A stretch of 64,000 bases of DNA. Origin: a virus. Lineage: Duplodnaviria; Caudoviricetes. The notes under the pieces are model-generated. The model searched no databases. It saw nothing but the letters and a program-made list of their open reading frames with translations, and was not told the origin of the DNA. Below, one piece after another: positions 17,729 through 28,560 of the stretch (position 1 is the stretch's first letter; each line of letters starts with the position of its first letter). The translations under genes and the position numbers were made by a program. The stretch is taken from IMG/VR virus record IMGVR_UViG_3300029305_001221, positions 1-64,000 of that record; one strand, given 5' to 3'.

Positions 17729-20700
17729 ATGATCGATTTCCTCTCGATTTCTACACGTAGTAAGAAATCAGGCGTTGTGGAAGTCTATCCGAAATTTATC
17801 ATTAAGAAAAGCTCCGATCTTATGATTAGAGGTAGTGACTTTTATGCTGTTTGGCTGGAGGATCGTGGGTTATGGTCGACTGAAGAAGACGATCTGATTC
17901 AGCTCGTTGACCGTGAGTTGGACAACTATGTTGAAAAGATTAAAGCTACGTCCGAAGGTTCCGTAGGCTCTCTTCATGTCATGTACATGCGAGACGCAGA
18001 CTCCGGTTCGATCGACGCGTGGCATAAGTATTGTCAGAAACAGTCGAGAGATAACTTCCACATGCTTGATGAGAAGTTGATATTCTCAAATACGCCGACC
18101 AATAAGAAGGATTATGCCAGTAAGAGGCTCGAATATCCTCTCGAAGCTGGTGAAATCACTGGCTACGAAAAGTTGATGTCGACTTTATATGACGAGAAGG
18201 AACGGCATAAGCTTGAGTGGGCAATCGGTTCGATTGTAACCGGAGATTCGAAGACTTTGCAGAAATTTATGGTTTTGTATGGTGCGGCTGGTACTGGTAA
18301 GTCAACTGTACTTAACATCGTTGAGCGCCTGTTTGAAGGATATTTCTCAGTCTTCGATGCGAAAGCCCTCGGTTCATCCAGCAACGCATTTGCATTGGAA
18401 GCTTTCAAGAATAATCCGCTTGTTGCAATTCAGCACGACGGTGACTTGTCGAAGATTGAGGATAATACCAGGCTTAACAGTCTTGTTTCTCATGAGTTAA
18501 TGACGATTAACGAGAAATTTAAGTCGACTTATTCTAACAGCTTTAAAGCTTTTCTATTCATGGGCACTAACAAGCCGGTCCGTATCACGGATGCCAAGTC
18601 TGGTCTAATTCGAAGACTGATTGATGTGACTCCGTCCGGTAATAAGTTGAGTCTTAAAGAATATCGAGCTGCTGTTAAACGAGTCGACTTTGAGCTCGGA
18701 GCAATTGCGCATCATTGTCAAGAAGTATATTTGAGCGACCCGAACGCGTATGACGATTATATTCCTATGGATATGATGGGAGCCACCAACGACTTCTATA
18801 ACTATGTTTCTGAAATGTACTTCACATTCAAACAGGAAGATGGTGTTACGCTCAAGTCTGCTTGGGAAGCTTATAAGACGTATTGCGATGATGCGAAAGT
18901 ACCCTACCCGTTTTCACAAAGAAACTTTAAAGAGGAGCTTAAAAACTATTTCCGGGACTATATGGAGCGCGGCACATTAGACGATGGAACTCGAGTGCGT
19001 AGCTACTATAGTGGATTTAAAACTGATAAATTTGACGGCCAAGATGATGATGTCGATGTAAAACCGGTCGTGAGTAATCGACATTTGATCCAGTTTGAAT
19101 CTCAACCGTCGGTATTTGACGCAGAATGTGCTAATTATCCTGCTCAATATGCGAGTTCGAATGAGACTCCGCAGAAGGCGTGGGATAATGTGACTAAGAC
19201 ATTGCGGGATTTGAATACTTCGAAACTGCATTATGTCAAAGTTCCGGAAAATCATATTGTTATCGACTTTGATATCAAAGGACCCGATGGGAGTAAATCC
19301 TTTGAGAAGAATGTCGAAGAGGCGAGTAAGTGGCCTCCTACATACGCAGAATTAAGTAAGAGTGGAGCCGGCGTCCATCTTCATTATATTTATAGTGGGG
19401 ATGTGACAAAACTTAGTCGCATATATGATGAAAATATCGAGGTTAAAGTTTTCACAGGCAAGAGTTCGCTTCGCAGAAAGTTAACGAAGTGTAATGACCT
19501 TGCTATTGCAACTATTAACGCTGGTCTACCGCTAAAGGGGGAGGATAAGGTGGTTGATTGGACCGGAGTAAAGAGTGAAAAGATTCTGCGGACGATGATC
19601 AAGCGGAATCTGAATAAAGAGTATCATGGAGCGACTACTCCGAGTATTCATTTCATTAATAAGATCTTGGATGATGCATATAACAGCGGATTGAACTATG
19701 ACGTTAGCGATATGCGAAATGCTGTGCTGAATTTTGCTGCTAATAGTACCAATCAGTCTGATGCATGTATCAAGATGGTTAATCAGATGAAGTTTAAGTC
19801 GGAAGAGATTGCTGAAATTGCTCCGACTGTTGATGAGGATGGTAGTGAGCCTCCGATCGTGTTTTACGATGTGGAGGTCATGCCCAACTTATTTATTGTT
19901 TGTTGGAAGGTTCGAGGTGAGGACAAGCCGGTTGTTAAAATGATTAACCCGAAGCCTCATGAGATTGAAGGTTTGTTGAAACATCGGCTAATCGGTTTTA
20001 ACTGCCGAAAGTACGATAACCATATACTGTATGCACGGTTAATGGGTTATACAAACGAACAGCTGTTCGATCTGTCGAATCGGATCATCAATAGCAAGAA
20101 GGGTGAAAACCGAGGCTGTTATTTCGGTCCTGCTTATAACTTGTCTTATACGGACGTATACGACTTTGCAGCAAAGAAGCAGAGCCTTAAGAAGTGGGAA
20201 ATCGAACTGTCTATCCATCACCAAGAACTTGGTCTGCCCTGGGATAAACCGGTTCCCGAAGAATTGTGGGAAAAGGTAGCCGATTATTGTTGCAATGACG
20301 TTGTCGCAACCGAAGCAGTATTTGAGCATCTGGCAGGCGACTGGATTGCTAGACAGATTCTGGCCGAGTTGTCTGGTGGCTCCGTTAACGATACTACCAA
20401 TACTCTTACTACTAAGATCATTTTCGGCAATGAGCGAAAGCCCAAGCTGGTCTATACTGACTTGGCTACCGGTGAACAGTTTTATGATGAAGCTAGTCCT
20501 TCGGTAAAAACGCCTAACAATTCTTTCCATGGATATTCGTTCGAGTATTCTGATAAGGATAAAAAGTACCACAACATGTATCGCGGTACGGATATCGGTT
20601 TCGGAGGATACATTATAAGCTATCCCGGAATATATGGAAATGTCGCGTTGTTAGATATTGCATCGCTGCATCCCAACTCTATCCGAGCGATGAATTGTTT

Positions 20701-21820
20701 CGGAGAGTATACGAAAAACTTCACGGATATTATCGACGCACGAGTGGCTATCAAGCATAAGGATCTCGATGCTGCTCGACATATGCTGGACGGCAGACTC
20801 GCTCCTTATCTGGACGATGAATCTAAGGCAAAGGATCTGGCACAGGCGCTTAAAATTGCAATCAACTCTGTGTATGGCTTAACGGCTGCCAGCTTCGACA
20901 ATCCGTTTAGAGATAAGCGGAATAAAAACAATATCGTTGCCCTACGCGGAGCCTTGTTCATGAGAACGCTTCAGGACGAAATCGAAAGTCGTGGTTTCCA
21001 GATCGTAGCTATCAAAACCGACTCTATCAAGATTGCCGACGCAACGAAAGAGATTATCGAATTCTGCATGGACTTTGCAAAGCAGTATAACTACACGTTT
21101 GAGCATGAGGCCACGTATGATCGCATTTGTCAGGTGAACGATGCCGACTATGTTGCCAGAATTAAAGAGCCGGAATGGTGTATCACTCACTATGGTTATG
21201 CTCCTGGTGAGAATGCTAAACATGGTGGAGAGTGGACTGTTACCGGCGCTCGATTTGCAGTGCCGTACGTGTTTAAGAAACTGTTTACCCATGAGGATAT
21301 CGAATTCGGAGATCTTTGCGAGACCAAGGAAGTTAAAACGGCTTTATATTTGGATATGAACGAGAGCCTTCCCGAAGATGAGCATGACTATCATTTTGTC
21401 GGAAAGGTCGGTTTGTTCTGCCCGATTAAGTCTGGATGCGGCGGAGGCCTACTGCTTCGAGAAGCTAAGGATGGCGACGGGAATATTAAGTACGATTCTG
21501 CTACTGGCGCAAAGGGTTATCGTTGGCTTGAAGCAGAGATGGTCAATGAGCTCGGTAAGGAAGCCGATATTGATCGGTCTTACTATGATTCTCTAGTCGA
21601 TGATGCTATTTATGGTAGCGGAACTGGCAAACAGAGAAAGCCTGGTATTGCAGATTTCGGAGACTACGAATGGTTCGTTTCCGACGATCATTATATCGGA
21701 CCTCAGTATGACGCTAACGGCAGACCCGTTTATTATCCGTTTGAAGCAAATTACCACGATCAAGTATCTGACGATTCTCCTCCCTGGGATGAGGATGACG
21801 GGTCGTTTGATAGAAGATAA
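17729..21820 (+). CDS. Replicative fusion: SF3 helicase + AEP-type primase/polymerase + 3'-5' exonuclease + family B DNA polymerase
   Basis: Walker A GAAGTGKST; AEP-like IVIDFDIK...SKSGAGVHLHY; ExoI FYDVE and ExoII FNCRKYD; PolB motifs LDIASLHP, KIAINSVYG and IKTDSI. Confidence 0.85.
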   Translation: MIDFLSISTRSKKSGVVEVYPKFIIKKSSDLMIRGSDFYAVWLEDRGLWSTEEDDLIQLVDRELDNYVEKIKATSEGSVGSLHVMYMRDADSGSIDAWHKYCQKQSRDNFHMLDEKLIFSNTPTNKKDYASKRLEYPLEAGEITGYEKLMSTLYDEKERHKLEWAIGSIVTGDSKTLQKFMVLYGAAGTGKSTVLNIVERLFEGYFSVFDAKALGSSSNAFALEAFKNNPLVAIQHDGDLSKIEDNTRLNSLVSHELMTINEKFKSTYSNSFKAFLFMGTNKPVRITDAKSGLIRRLIDVTPSGNKLSLKEYRAAVKRVDFELGAIAHHCQEVYLSDPNAYDDYIPMDMMGATNDFYNYVSEMYFTFKQEDGVTLKSAWEAYKTYCDDAKVPYPFSQRNFKEELKNYFRDYMERGTLDDGTRVRSYYSGFKTDKFDGQDDDVDVKPVVSNRHLIQFESQPSVFDAECANYPAQYASSNETPQKAWDNVTKTLRDLNTSKLHYVKVPENHIVIDFDIKGPDGSKSFEKNVEEASKWPPTYAELSKSGAGVHLHYIYSGDVTKLSRIYDENIEVKVFTGKSSLRRKLTKCNDLAIATINAGLPLKGEDKVVDWTGVKSEKILRTMIKRNLNKEYHGATTPSIHFINKILDDAYNSGLNYDVSDMRNAVLNFAANSTNQSDACIKMVNQMKFKSEEIAEIAPTVDEDGSEPPIVFYDVEVMPNLFIVCWKVRGEDKPVVKMINPKPHEIEGLLKHRLIGFNCRKYDNHILYARLMGYTNEQLFDLSNRIINSKKGENRGCYFGPAYNLSYTDVYDFAAKKQSLKKWEIELSIHHQELGLPWDKPVPEELWEKVADYCCNDVVATEAVFEHLAGDWIARQILAELSGGSVNDTTNTLTTKIIFGNERKPKLVYTDLATGEQFYDEASPSVKTPNNSFHGYSFEYSDKDKKYHNMYRGTDIGFGGYIISYPGIYGNVALLDIASLHPNSIRAMNCFGEYTKNFTDIIDARVAIKHKDLDAARHMLDGRLAPYLDDESKAKDLAQALKIAINSVYGLTAASFDNPFRDKRNKNNIVALRGALFMRTLQDEIESRGFQIVAIKTDSIKIADATKEIIEFCMDFAKQYNYTFEHEATYDRICQVNDADYVARIKEPEWCITHYGYAPGENAKHGGEWTVTGARFAVPYVFKKLFTHEDIEFGDLCETKEVKTALYLDMNESLPEDEHDYHFVGKVGLFCPIKSGCGGGLLLREAKDGDGNIKYDSATGAKGYRWLEAEMVNELGKEADIDRSYYDSLVDDAIYGSGTGKQRKPGIADFGDYEWFVSDDHYIGPQYDANGRPVYYPFEANYHDQVSDDSPPWDEDDGSFDRR

Positions 21821-21848
21821 GTTTTTATATTTCTGAAAGGAGAAAAAC

Positions 21849-22004
21849 ATGTTTCACACTAAGGTATTGAATGACATCAAGCTGATCCCTGATGTCGAAC
21901 ATCCTGGTCGGACCTACTTCGAGGTTCCCGACGGTTATCGTTTCATTTTCGAGAACGGTAAGTATGTAGGTCGCTATGACCCTAATCTGGAAACTGTAAT
22001 TTGA
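21849..22004 (+). CDS. 51-aa hypothetical protein (not in the ORF track)
   Basis: [39 protein letters not shown]... Confidence 0.55.
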   Translation: MFHTKVLNDIKLIPDVEHPGRTYFEVPDGYRFIFENGKYVGRYDPNLETVI

Positions 22005-22041
22005 TGAGTTTTATATTTTAACAAAAAAGGAGACTACTATC

Positions 22042-22521
22042 ATGGCTTATAGAAGAGTTGACAATCTGATGATCGAGAACGCCCGCATTATGTGGCCTAA
22101 CTTTGCTGGCGAGGAAAAGCAGTACAATCGTAAGGGCGATCGTAACTTCTGTGTCGTTATTGACGATCCCGACGAAGCACAGCGTCTGTCTGAAGATGGC
22201 TGGAATGTAAAGATCCTGGCTCCTCGCGATGAAGACGAGATGCCTCTGCATTATATTCAGGTTACTGTTCGCTTCGACAACTTCCCGCCTAAGGTGTGGA
22301 TGATTACCGGTCGCAAGAAGAACCTGCTGGATGAGGACTCTGTCGGTTGTCTGGACTATGCTGAGATCCAGAATGCCGACGTTATCATTAGCGGTTCTTG
22401 CTGGGAGGTTAATGGTAAGACCGGTATTAAGGCTTATCTGAAGACTGCTTACGTTGTCATCGAGCAGGACGATTTCGCTAGCAAGTATAACTGGGAAGAA
22501 GACGAGATCTCTGCGTTTTGA
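22042..22521 (+). CDS. Single-stranded DNA-binding protein
   Basis: Follows the polymerase; aromatic beta-rich body and acidic C-tail EEDEISAF. Confidence 0.65.
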   Translation: MAYRRVDNLMIENARIMWPNFAGEEKQYNRKGDRNFCVVIDDPDEAQRLSEDGWNVKILAPRDEDEMPLHYIQVTVRFDNFPPKVWMITGRKKNLLDEDSVGCLDYAEIQNADVIISGSCWEVNGKTGIKAYLKTAYVVIEQDDFASKYNWEEDEISAF

Positions 22522-22585
22522 TGAGCTCCACGGCATGCTCGAGACGTTAGAACATTGCTATTCCGGTCTACTTTCTGAGGATTAG

Positions 22586-22612
22586 ACGCGAGATAAACAG
22601 TCCCTTTTATGA
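22586..22612 (+). promoter_or_regulatory. 27-bp motif copy
   Basis: ACGCGAGATAAACAGTCCCTTTTATGA. Confidence 0.8.
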
Positions 22613-22628
22613 AGGGAGATGTCGGAAG

Positions 22629-22715
22629 ATGGCTAACGAAAACGTTGTAAGAGAACTAGGAAGTATTGCGGTGATTATCGCATACTTCATATTCATCTAC
22701 AAGATTCTTAAGTGA
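22629..22715 (+). CDS. 28-aa TM micropeptide
   Basis: MANENVVRELGSIAVIIAYFIFIYKILK; between motif 22586 and terminator 22738-22773. Confidence 0.5.
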   Translation: MANENVVRELGSIAVIIAYFIFIYKILK

Positions 22716-22776
22716 ATCTGATGACTTTAACTTATAAGGGGAGATCTGGTAAATAACTGGGTCTCCTCTTTATTCT

Positions 22777-22853
22777 GGGCCTTTAGCTCAGCTGGTCAGA
22801 GCCCCCGGCTCATAACCGGGTAGTCCAGGGTTCGAACCCCTGAAGGCCCACCA
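22777..22853 (+). tRNA. tRNA with CAT anticodon, probably Ile2 (elongator Met possible)
   Basis: GGGCCTT/AAGGCCC acceptor, CCCGG-CTCATAA-CCGGG anticodon arm, TTCGAAC T-loop, encoded ACCA. Confidence 0.9.
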
Positions 22854-22956
22854 TTGCTAGGTTTTCTGGAGAGATAAAAAACGGGAATGTAACAAATCCA
22901 GTAAAATACAAAACGTTTCCTAGCTCAAAAATTATACCCACAGGGAGTGGATCAGC

Positions 22957-23988
22957 ATGAACGAACAAGTAGAAAGAGAAATTAATATGTATGACGGTAA
23001 AGTCTTTGGTAAAGAGGTATCTAAATACGGTCTTGAGAATGGATATTTGGATTACCTTACGCTTTCTAAGATTGTTGGTGATTGCATTTTAAACAACAAT
23101 ATTGTCGAATTTGTAGGTTATGAGAATTGGGAACTCGTAAACGGAGATTATGAGAATGATAGTTATTTTGAAATCTTTCAGTATTTCATTATCTCATATG
23201 ACGGTTACTCAATTCTTGAAACATTCACAGACGAGCTAGTGTATTATCACGAGGGACTCGACATGTTTGTATGGGGCATTACTCATTTCGGTACAGGCTG
23301 GGATTACGTACTTACCGATATCAAACTCAAGGAAATAAAGTAAGATGGCTAGACGACTAATTATTAGAACTCAATGTCCTATTTGTGGAAAGCAAGTTGA
23401 AGCTGTTCCAGACGGAGTTCTAAAACAGAATCCTGGTACGAGTAATGCTGAAATGGTGGTAACAAGAACTGGTTATAAGCAATATATTCACAGTTCTTGC
23501 TGGTATGGAATGATCGCGGAACAAAAACAGAAACGACCGACTCGTAAACTAAAGGAGGCCGAGTGATATGGATAAGTATGAACGCTGGTATCACAGACGT
23601 TTGCATAATTATTTCATGGAACATTATGAAGAAGCTGAAAATGCTGACGAAATAGAGTGGTTCAATGATCCGGCTCCTAATCAATGGTTATTCGATATTC
23701 CAAAATCAAATGTCCGAGTGGAGCTCAGTTGTGATAAAAAGGGCGTCGTTACTGAGGTAACATATCAATTAAAAGGGGATAGTTAAAATGGGTATAAAAC
23801 ATTGGTACAACATAGAACTGACACGAGAAGGTGCAGAGATATTAAAACGATATTTGGCTAGTCACTCAATCGATTATGAACCGAGTGAATGTGACAATCT
23901 TATACACATCGAATGTCTGATCGATGAATATGAGGCTGAGAATATCGAGGATTACTTATCTGCGAACTGGGCTCTATTTACTAGTTAA
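22957..23988 (+). other. Four small hypothetical genes (22957-23343, 23345-23566 Zn-finger-like, 23568-23786, 23788-23988)
   Basis: Tightly packed ORFs with RBSs. Confidence 0.65.
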
Positions 23989-24003
23989 ACACAAGATGTA
24001 TTC

Positions 24004-24088
24004 GTAGGAGTGGCGGAATTGGAAGACGTGACAGATTTAGGTTCTGTTGCTTTATGGCGTGTGGGTTCAAGTCCCATCTCCTACACCA
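24004..24088 (+). tRNA. tRNA-Leu(TAG)
   Basis: GTAGGAG/CTCCTAC acceptor, ACAGA-TTTAGGT-TCTGT, long variable arm, ACCA. Confidence 0.9.
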
Positions 24089-24176
24089 GAGTTCTAAGAG
24101 GATGGGTGTCACCGCTCTTTGTCAGAGTTGGTGGCATCTGTCCGTTTTAATCTCTATCATAAAGGAGGCAATTTTG

Positions 24177-24539
24177 ATGGACGACATTAACATTTACGAA
24201 TGTAAGGACGGACGGCTTAGAGTGTATATAAAAGCCGAAAAGAGAGTTATGTCATATCCAAAGTATTTAATGGAGAAAGCTATCGGACGAAAATTAATGG
24301 AGAACGAGCAGACACATCATCTTGATAAAGATCCACTAAATAACGATCCTAGTAATCTGGAGCTCACAGTACGCGGAGAACATCAAAGATTACATAACCC
24401 TCGTAAGTATTTTGATAAGCTAGTCTGCTGCGAATGGTGTGGGAAAGAATTCGTCTGGACAGCTCAGCAACAGTCGAATCATTACGGAAATCATACCAAA
24501 AACTCAGGACGTGAAGCCACTCTCGGAAAGCCATTTTGA
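24177..24539 (+). CDS. HNH endonuclease, apparently truncated in its C-terminal Zn finger
   Basis: THHLDKDPLNNDPSNLE...H HNH motif; CEWC...F(TGA)SKSC. Confidence 0.75.
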   Translation: MDDINIYECKDGRLRVYIKAEKRVMSYPKYLMEKAIGRKLMENEQTHHLDKDPLNNDPSNLELTVRGEHQRLHNPRKYFDKLVCCEWCGKEFVWTAQQQSNHYGNHTKNSGREATLGKPF

Positions 24540-24587
24540 TCAAAATCATGTTCTGGAAAATTCGGCAAACATATTCAGCAAATAAAC

Positions 24588-24673
24588 GCGGGATTGGCGA
24601 AATAGGCAGTACGCTACGGTCTTAAAAACCGTTGGAGATATCCGTGAGGGTTCGAATCCCTCATCCCGCACCA
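24588..24673 (+). tRNA. tRNA-Leu(TAA)
   Basis: GCGGGAT/ATCCCGC acceptor, ACGGT-CTTAAAA-ACCGT, long variable arm, ACCA. Confidence 0.9.
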
Positions 24674-24704
24674 AATTTATATCTCAAGAAAGGAGGAGGT
24701 GTGA

Positions 24705-25988
24705 ATGAGAAAAGAAAAACCGCCCTTCCTCTATCCATACCAAATGGACGCTGTGAAGAGAATGCGAAATGGCTGTATCTTATGCGGAGGCGTCGGGAGT
24801 GGCAAGAGCAGAACTGGTTTATATTACTATTTCAAAGAACAAGGCGGTAGTATAGATCCAGATTATATTCCTATGAAAAAACCAAAAGATCTATACATTA
24901 TAACGACTGCCCGTAAGAGAGATACTTTGGAGTGGGAAGGCGAACTTGCTAATTTCATAATCTCAAAAAATCCGGAGGCAAGTTATTACAAAAACAAAGT
25001 AGTTGTCGACTCGTGGAATAACATTGGTAAGTACGTGGATGTGAAAGGCGCATTCTTCATTCTAGACGAGCAGAGGCTAGTCGGAAGCGGTGCCTGGGTC
25101 AAAGCGTTCTATAAAATCGCTGCGAAAAACGATTGGATTCTACTATCCGCTACTCCAGGAGATACATGGCAAGACTACAGACCGGTATTTATCGCAAACG
25201 GTTTCTATAAAAACAAAACCCATTTTAATAGGGATCATATTGTGTGGGACCATCGAGTTAAGAAATATCCGAAAATCGATAGGTATATAAACGAAGGTCG
25301 ACTGATTAGACTGCGTAATCGTATTCTAGTTGATATGGATTTTAATCGACCGACTACTTCTCACCATGAAGACGTATATGTGCATTATGATATTCAGCTA
25401 TACAAGGATACGACCCGAAATCGAGTCAACCCATTCGAGATGGAAGTCTGGGATGACGGATCTGAACATAATCCTCCCATTAAAAGTGCTAGCGAGTTGT
25501 GTTATATTTGGCGCAAAATTGTTAATTCTGCTGAATCTCGTCAAGTTGCATTATGTGAGCTATTTGAGAAGCATCCGAAGATGATCGTGTTTTACAATTT
25601 TGACTATGAACTTGATATTTTAAAGAGTATCTATTTCGGCGAAGATGTCGAGGTAGCAGAATGGAATGGACATAAGCATCAACCGGTCCCAACAAGCGAT
25701 AGGTGGGTATATTTATGCCAATATACGAGTTCTTGTGAGGGTTGGAATTGCATAACGACCGATACCGTCGTCTTCTATTCTCAGAATTACTCTTATAAAG
25801 TTATGGAGCAAGCCTCTGGTCGAATTGATAGATTGAATACTCCTTTCCGAGACCTATATTATTATCACCTCAAAACGCGGGCTGGTATTGATTTGGCCAT
25901 TAGTAAAGCTCTGAAAGAGAAGAAGAATTTCAACGAGGGTCGTTATGTGCAGCGAATGTCTAAAGGTTATGAGAGAAGAGCCGCATAA
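24705..25988 (+). CDS. SF2 (SNF2/DEAD-like) helicase
   Basis: YPYQ Q-motif, GVGSGKS, FILDEQ, LLSATP, CEGWN, QASGRIDR. Confidence 0.9.
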   Translation: MRKEKPPFLYPYQMDAVKRMRNGCILCGGVGSGKSRTGLYYYFKEQGGSIDPDYIPMKKPKDLYIITTARKRDTLEWEGELANFIISKNPEASYYKNKVVVDSWNNIGKYVDVKGAFFILDEQRLVGSGAWVKAFYKIAAKNDWILLSATPGDTWQDYRPVFIANGFYKNKTHFNRDHIVWDHRVKKYPKIDRYINEGRLIRLRNRILVDMDFNRPTTSHHEDVYVHYDIQLYKDTTRNRVNPFEMEVWDDGSEHNPPIKSASELCYIWRKIVNSAESRQVALCELFEKHPKMIVFYNFDYELDILKSIYFGEDVEVAEWNGHKHQPVPTSDRWVYLCQYTSSCEGWNCITTDTVVFYSQNYSYKVMEQASGRIDRLNTPFRDLYYYHLKTRAGIDLAISKALKEKKNFNEGRYVQRMSKGYERRAA

Positions 25989-26993
25989 TTAACAGCTCCT
26001 ATTATAGAAAGGAGTTGATTTCTCATGAAAGAGAAACGAAATTTCAAACAAGAGTTTAAAGACTGGTGGAACGAAAACAAGAAAGTCATTAAGACTGGAG
26101 GTCTGTGTCTACTCATCGGGGCTTTTTACGGCTTTGTCAAAGGAGTTAGCAGTGGTACTGAACTTACTGGAAGACTGATTGACAGAATCCCGTATCAAAA
26201 CAACGATAAGGACGAAGACTTCGTGTATGACGAAACAAATGTCGATGATCCAGAACTGCTCGAGTTGATTCGTCTCGAGAATGAGGAGAAGTAACAAATT
26301 TTCGAAGAGATCGCATGGTCTCTTCTTTTTATGAAATTCGCTTTCGCGAAGTTTTCAGACTCCTTTATAGAAGGGAGTTGAACAACTATGGATAAAAACG
26401 ATAGACGAGGAAGATGTTCGCGGTGTGAATATTGCGTAATACTGTATATGCAAGACGACCCCTGGAAGCGGGTGATGGCAAAATGTATGTGTGGTCACGT
26501 TAGAGGCGTGATGATACATCAACGTTGCTCTCACCTTGATACAGTAACGGTCGAGGCAGCTAGAACTGAGGTACGCGATTTGTGCGAGCGTTTGCTTTCG
26601 CCTAAATGGTGTCCATTGGACAAAAACTAACAAAGGCAAGAAGAGATCGCATGGTCTCTTCACTTTCGCGAAGTTTTCACGTTGTATTATGAAGGGAGGT
26701 CTAGAATATGACTCGTAAACAAATCGACAGCATGAGAGAAGCGAGACTTTGGTTGGGACAGATTTTCGTTCCGGTGGCGTTAGGCACCATGACGATTATG
26801 TCTAATCCTGAACTGAAGGAAAAAGTTAAGAAAAAGGCGTCGACTGTTAAGAACGTATTGACAGGCCGATACAAAATTAAAGTTGTAAAAGACGAAGAAT
26901 AAAAAGATTGAGGGGGATCTGGCGTAATAACCAGGTCTCCTAGTCTTTTGGTCTCTAACTTCACTTTCGCGAAATTTGCAAAACGTATTATGA
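25981..26993 (+). promoter_or_regulatory. Four motif copies (25981, 26344, 26666, 26967) driving three small cassette genes (26025-26294, 26388-26630, 26708-26902) and a leader hairpin
   Basis: Each gene is followed by a hairpin terminator; terminator GAAGAGATCGCATGGTCTCTTC is identical at 26304 and 26640. Confidence 0.8.
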
Positions 26994-27063
26994 GAGGGAA
27001 ACCACCGCGTATCCCTCTTTTCTATTTCGAGGAACAACATTTATATTTTAGGAGGAACTATAT

Positions 27064-27360
27064 ATGACTCATTCGGTCTACTATGAAGAAGCCTTCACGC
27101 AGGCTACAGCAAGACGCCACGCAATCTGGAAACTGGTTAATGAGAACGAGCAACTCAGGACTGAGTTTCAGCAAACGTACCCATTTGTTTTCGACCGGGA
27201 TAAGTTCACTCAGAATATCGAGAAATTTATTTCGGATAAAGGAATCACTATTATCGAAGAAACCCCGATCGTAGAGGTCACGAAAGAAGGAAACTATCGA
27301 GTCGATGTTTTATTCACAATTGATATTCCAGATGAGAATGACGATACGATGACGGTTTAA
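27064..27360 (+). CDS. Hypothetical protein
   Basis: AGGAGG RBS. Confidence 0.65.
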   Translation: MTHSVYYEEAFTQATARRHAIWKLVNENEQLRTEFQQTYPFVFDRDKFTQNIEKFISDKGITIIEETPIVEVTKEGNYRVDVLFTIDIPDENDDTMTV

Positions 27361-27377
27361 AAAGAAAGGAGTTAAAA

Positions 27378-27890
27378 ATGAGAATTGAAAATTGGCAGGG
27401 TCATGAGATCCGTTTCGTCGAGGTTAGGGGCGAGTGGTATGCCATTCTTAAAGATATTTGCGACGCCCTGGATCTGAGAACTGATGGTGTAGTTCAGAGA
27501 CTTGATCCAGACATGATGACGCGAGTGAAGATTGAAGTATCTGACCCCACTTCAACTGGGGATAGATCCAGAGGCGAAAACAAAACTCGCTGGATGATCG
27601 CCGTCAATGAGATCGGTGTCTATGAAGCCCTGTTCGCTAGCCGACGTCTGGAAGCTCGTCAGCTGAGACGATGGACTGCTACTGTTCTGCAGAAGTTGCG
27701 TACTCATGTTGGTCTGCAAGGTTATGAGGTAATGCGAATGACCGAGACCGAGGTGCAGGAAGACATCGACGCGTTCTTAGACGATCTCTTCTGGGATGAG
27801 GATAAGAAAATGCTTATGATGAGCGTCACTGTTGCCGGTGGCGATGTCGAGCAGGTTCCGTTCGAGGATCAGGATTTGTTTAAGGATTGA
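27378..27890 (+). CDS. BRO-N domain protein (antirepressor-like)
   Basis: EIRFVEVRGEWYAILKDICDAL...VNEIGVYEALFASRRLEARQLRRW. Confidence 0.8.
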   Translation: MRIENWQGHEIRFVEVRGEWYAILKDICDALDLRTDGVVQRLDPDMMTRVKIEVSDPTSTGDRSRGENKTRWMIAVNEIGVYEALFASRRLEARQLRRWTATVLQKLRTHVGLQGYEVMRMTETEVQEDIDAFLDDLFWDEDKKMLMMSVTVAGGDVEQVPFEDQDLFKD

Positions 27891-27903
27891 AAGGAGATAA
27901 AAG

Positions 27904-28560
27904 ATGCGATTTTGTGAAAAGATAGGACCTAAAACTCATATCAGTCGATATGCTGTTTGTAAAGAGGCATGTGCTCAGTTAGATCTTAAGTACTCGGACG
28001 ATAATATCGATTCCCTGTATCCGAAGATGATCATGAAAGAAGCCTTTTTAAACTATTACAATACTCTGCGTGATAACAACCAGCCTATCAGCCATGAGCT
28101 GCGAGCAATCGCCGAACGTTACGCACAGCAGGATGTTGAGTTTACAAAAATCGTCGAAAGAAGGATTAATGAAATGAAAAATAAACATCGCATGCCCCAG
28201 ATCAAAAACGTCATCTTCAATGACCCCGCGACTATCGTGCTCTGGGAAGATGGCACCAAGACCGTAGTCAAGTGCGGTGACTATGATATTTACGATCCTG
28301 AAAAGGGTCTGGCCATGGCTATCGCCAAGAAGACTCTCGGTAATCAGGGTAGCTATTATGAAACCTTCAAGAAGTGGTTGCCTGAAGAAGGCGAATGGGA
28401 TACCACTCAGCCGTTTATCGATGAAAAGTCTCGTCTTGACGTAGAAACTGCGTATAAGATGCTGGTCGAGGTAGCTAGAAATAAGAAAGCGACTAAAGCG
28501 GATCTTGCTATGGCGATTGGAGACGCCATTGGTTATCTTGGGGAGGTGCTGGCCGAATGA
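27904..28560 (+). CDS. Hypothetical protein with the VIFNDPATIV domain
   Basis: IKNVIFNDPATIVLWEDGTKTVVKC...DPEKGLAMAIAKK shared with 33201. Confidence 0.75.
   Translation: MRFCEKIGPKTHISRYAVCKEACAQLDLKYSDDNIDSLYPKMIMKEAFLNYYNTLRDNNQPISHELRAIAERYAQQDVEFTKIVERRINEMKNKHRMPQIKNVIFNDPATIVLWEDGTKTVVKCGDYDIYDPEKGLAMAIAKKTLGNQGSYYETFKKWLPEEGEWDTTQPFIDEKSRLDVETAYKMLVEVARNKKATKADLAMAIGDAIGYLGEVLAE

Noticed and set aside
24537-24590. Selenocysteine insertion or genome-wide TGA recoding
   Set aside because: No stable SECIS-like hairpin downstream, no Sec or suppressor tRNA, and many genes end normally in TGA, TAG or TAA
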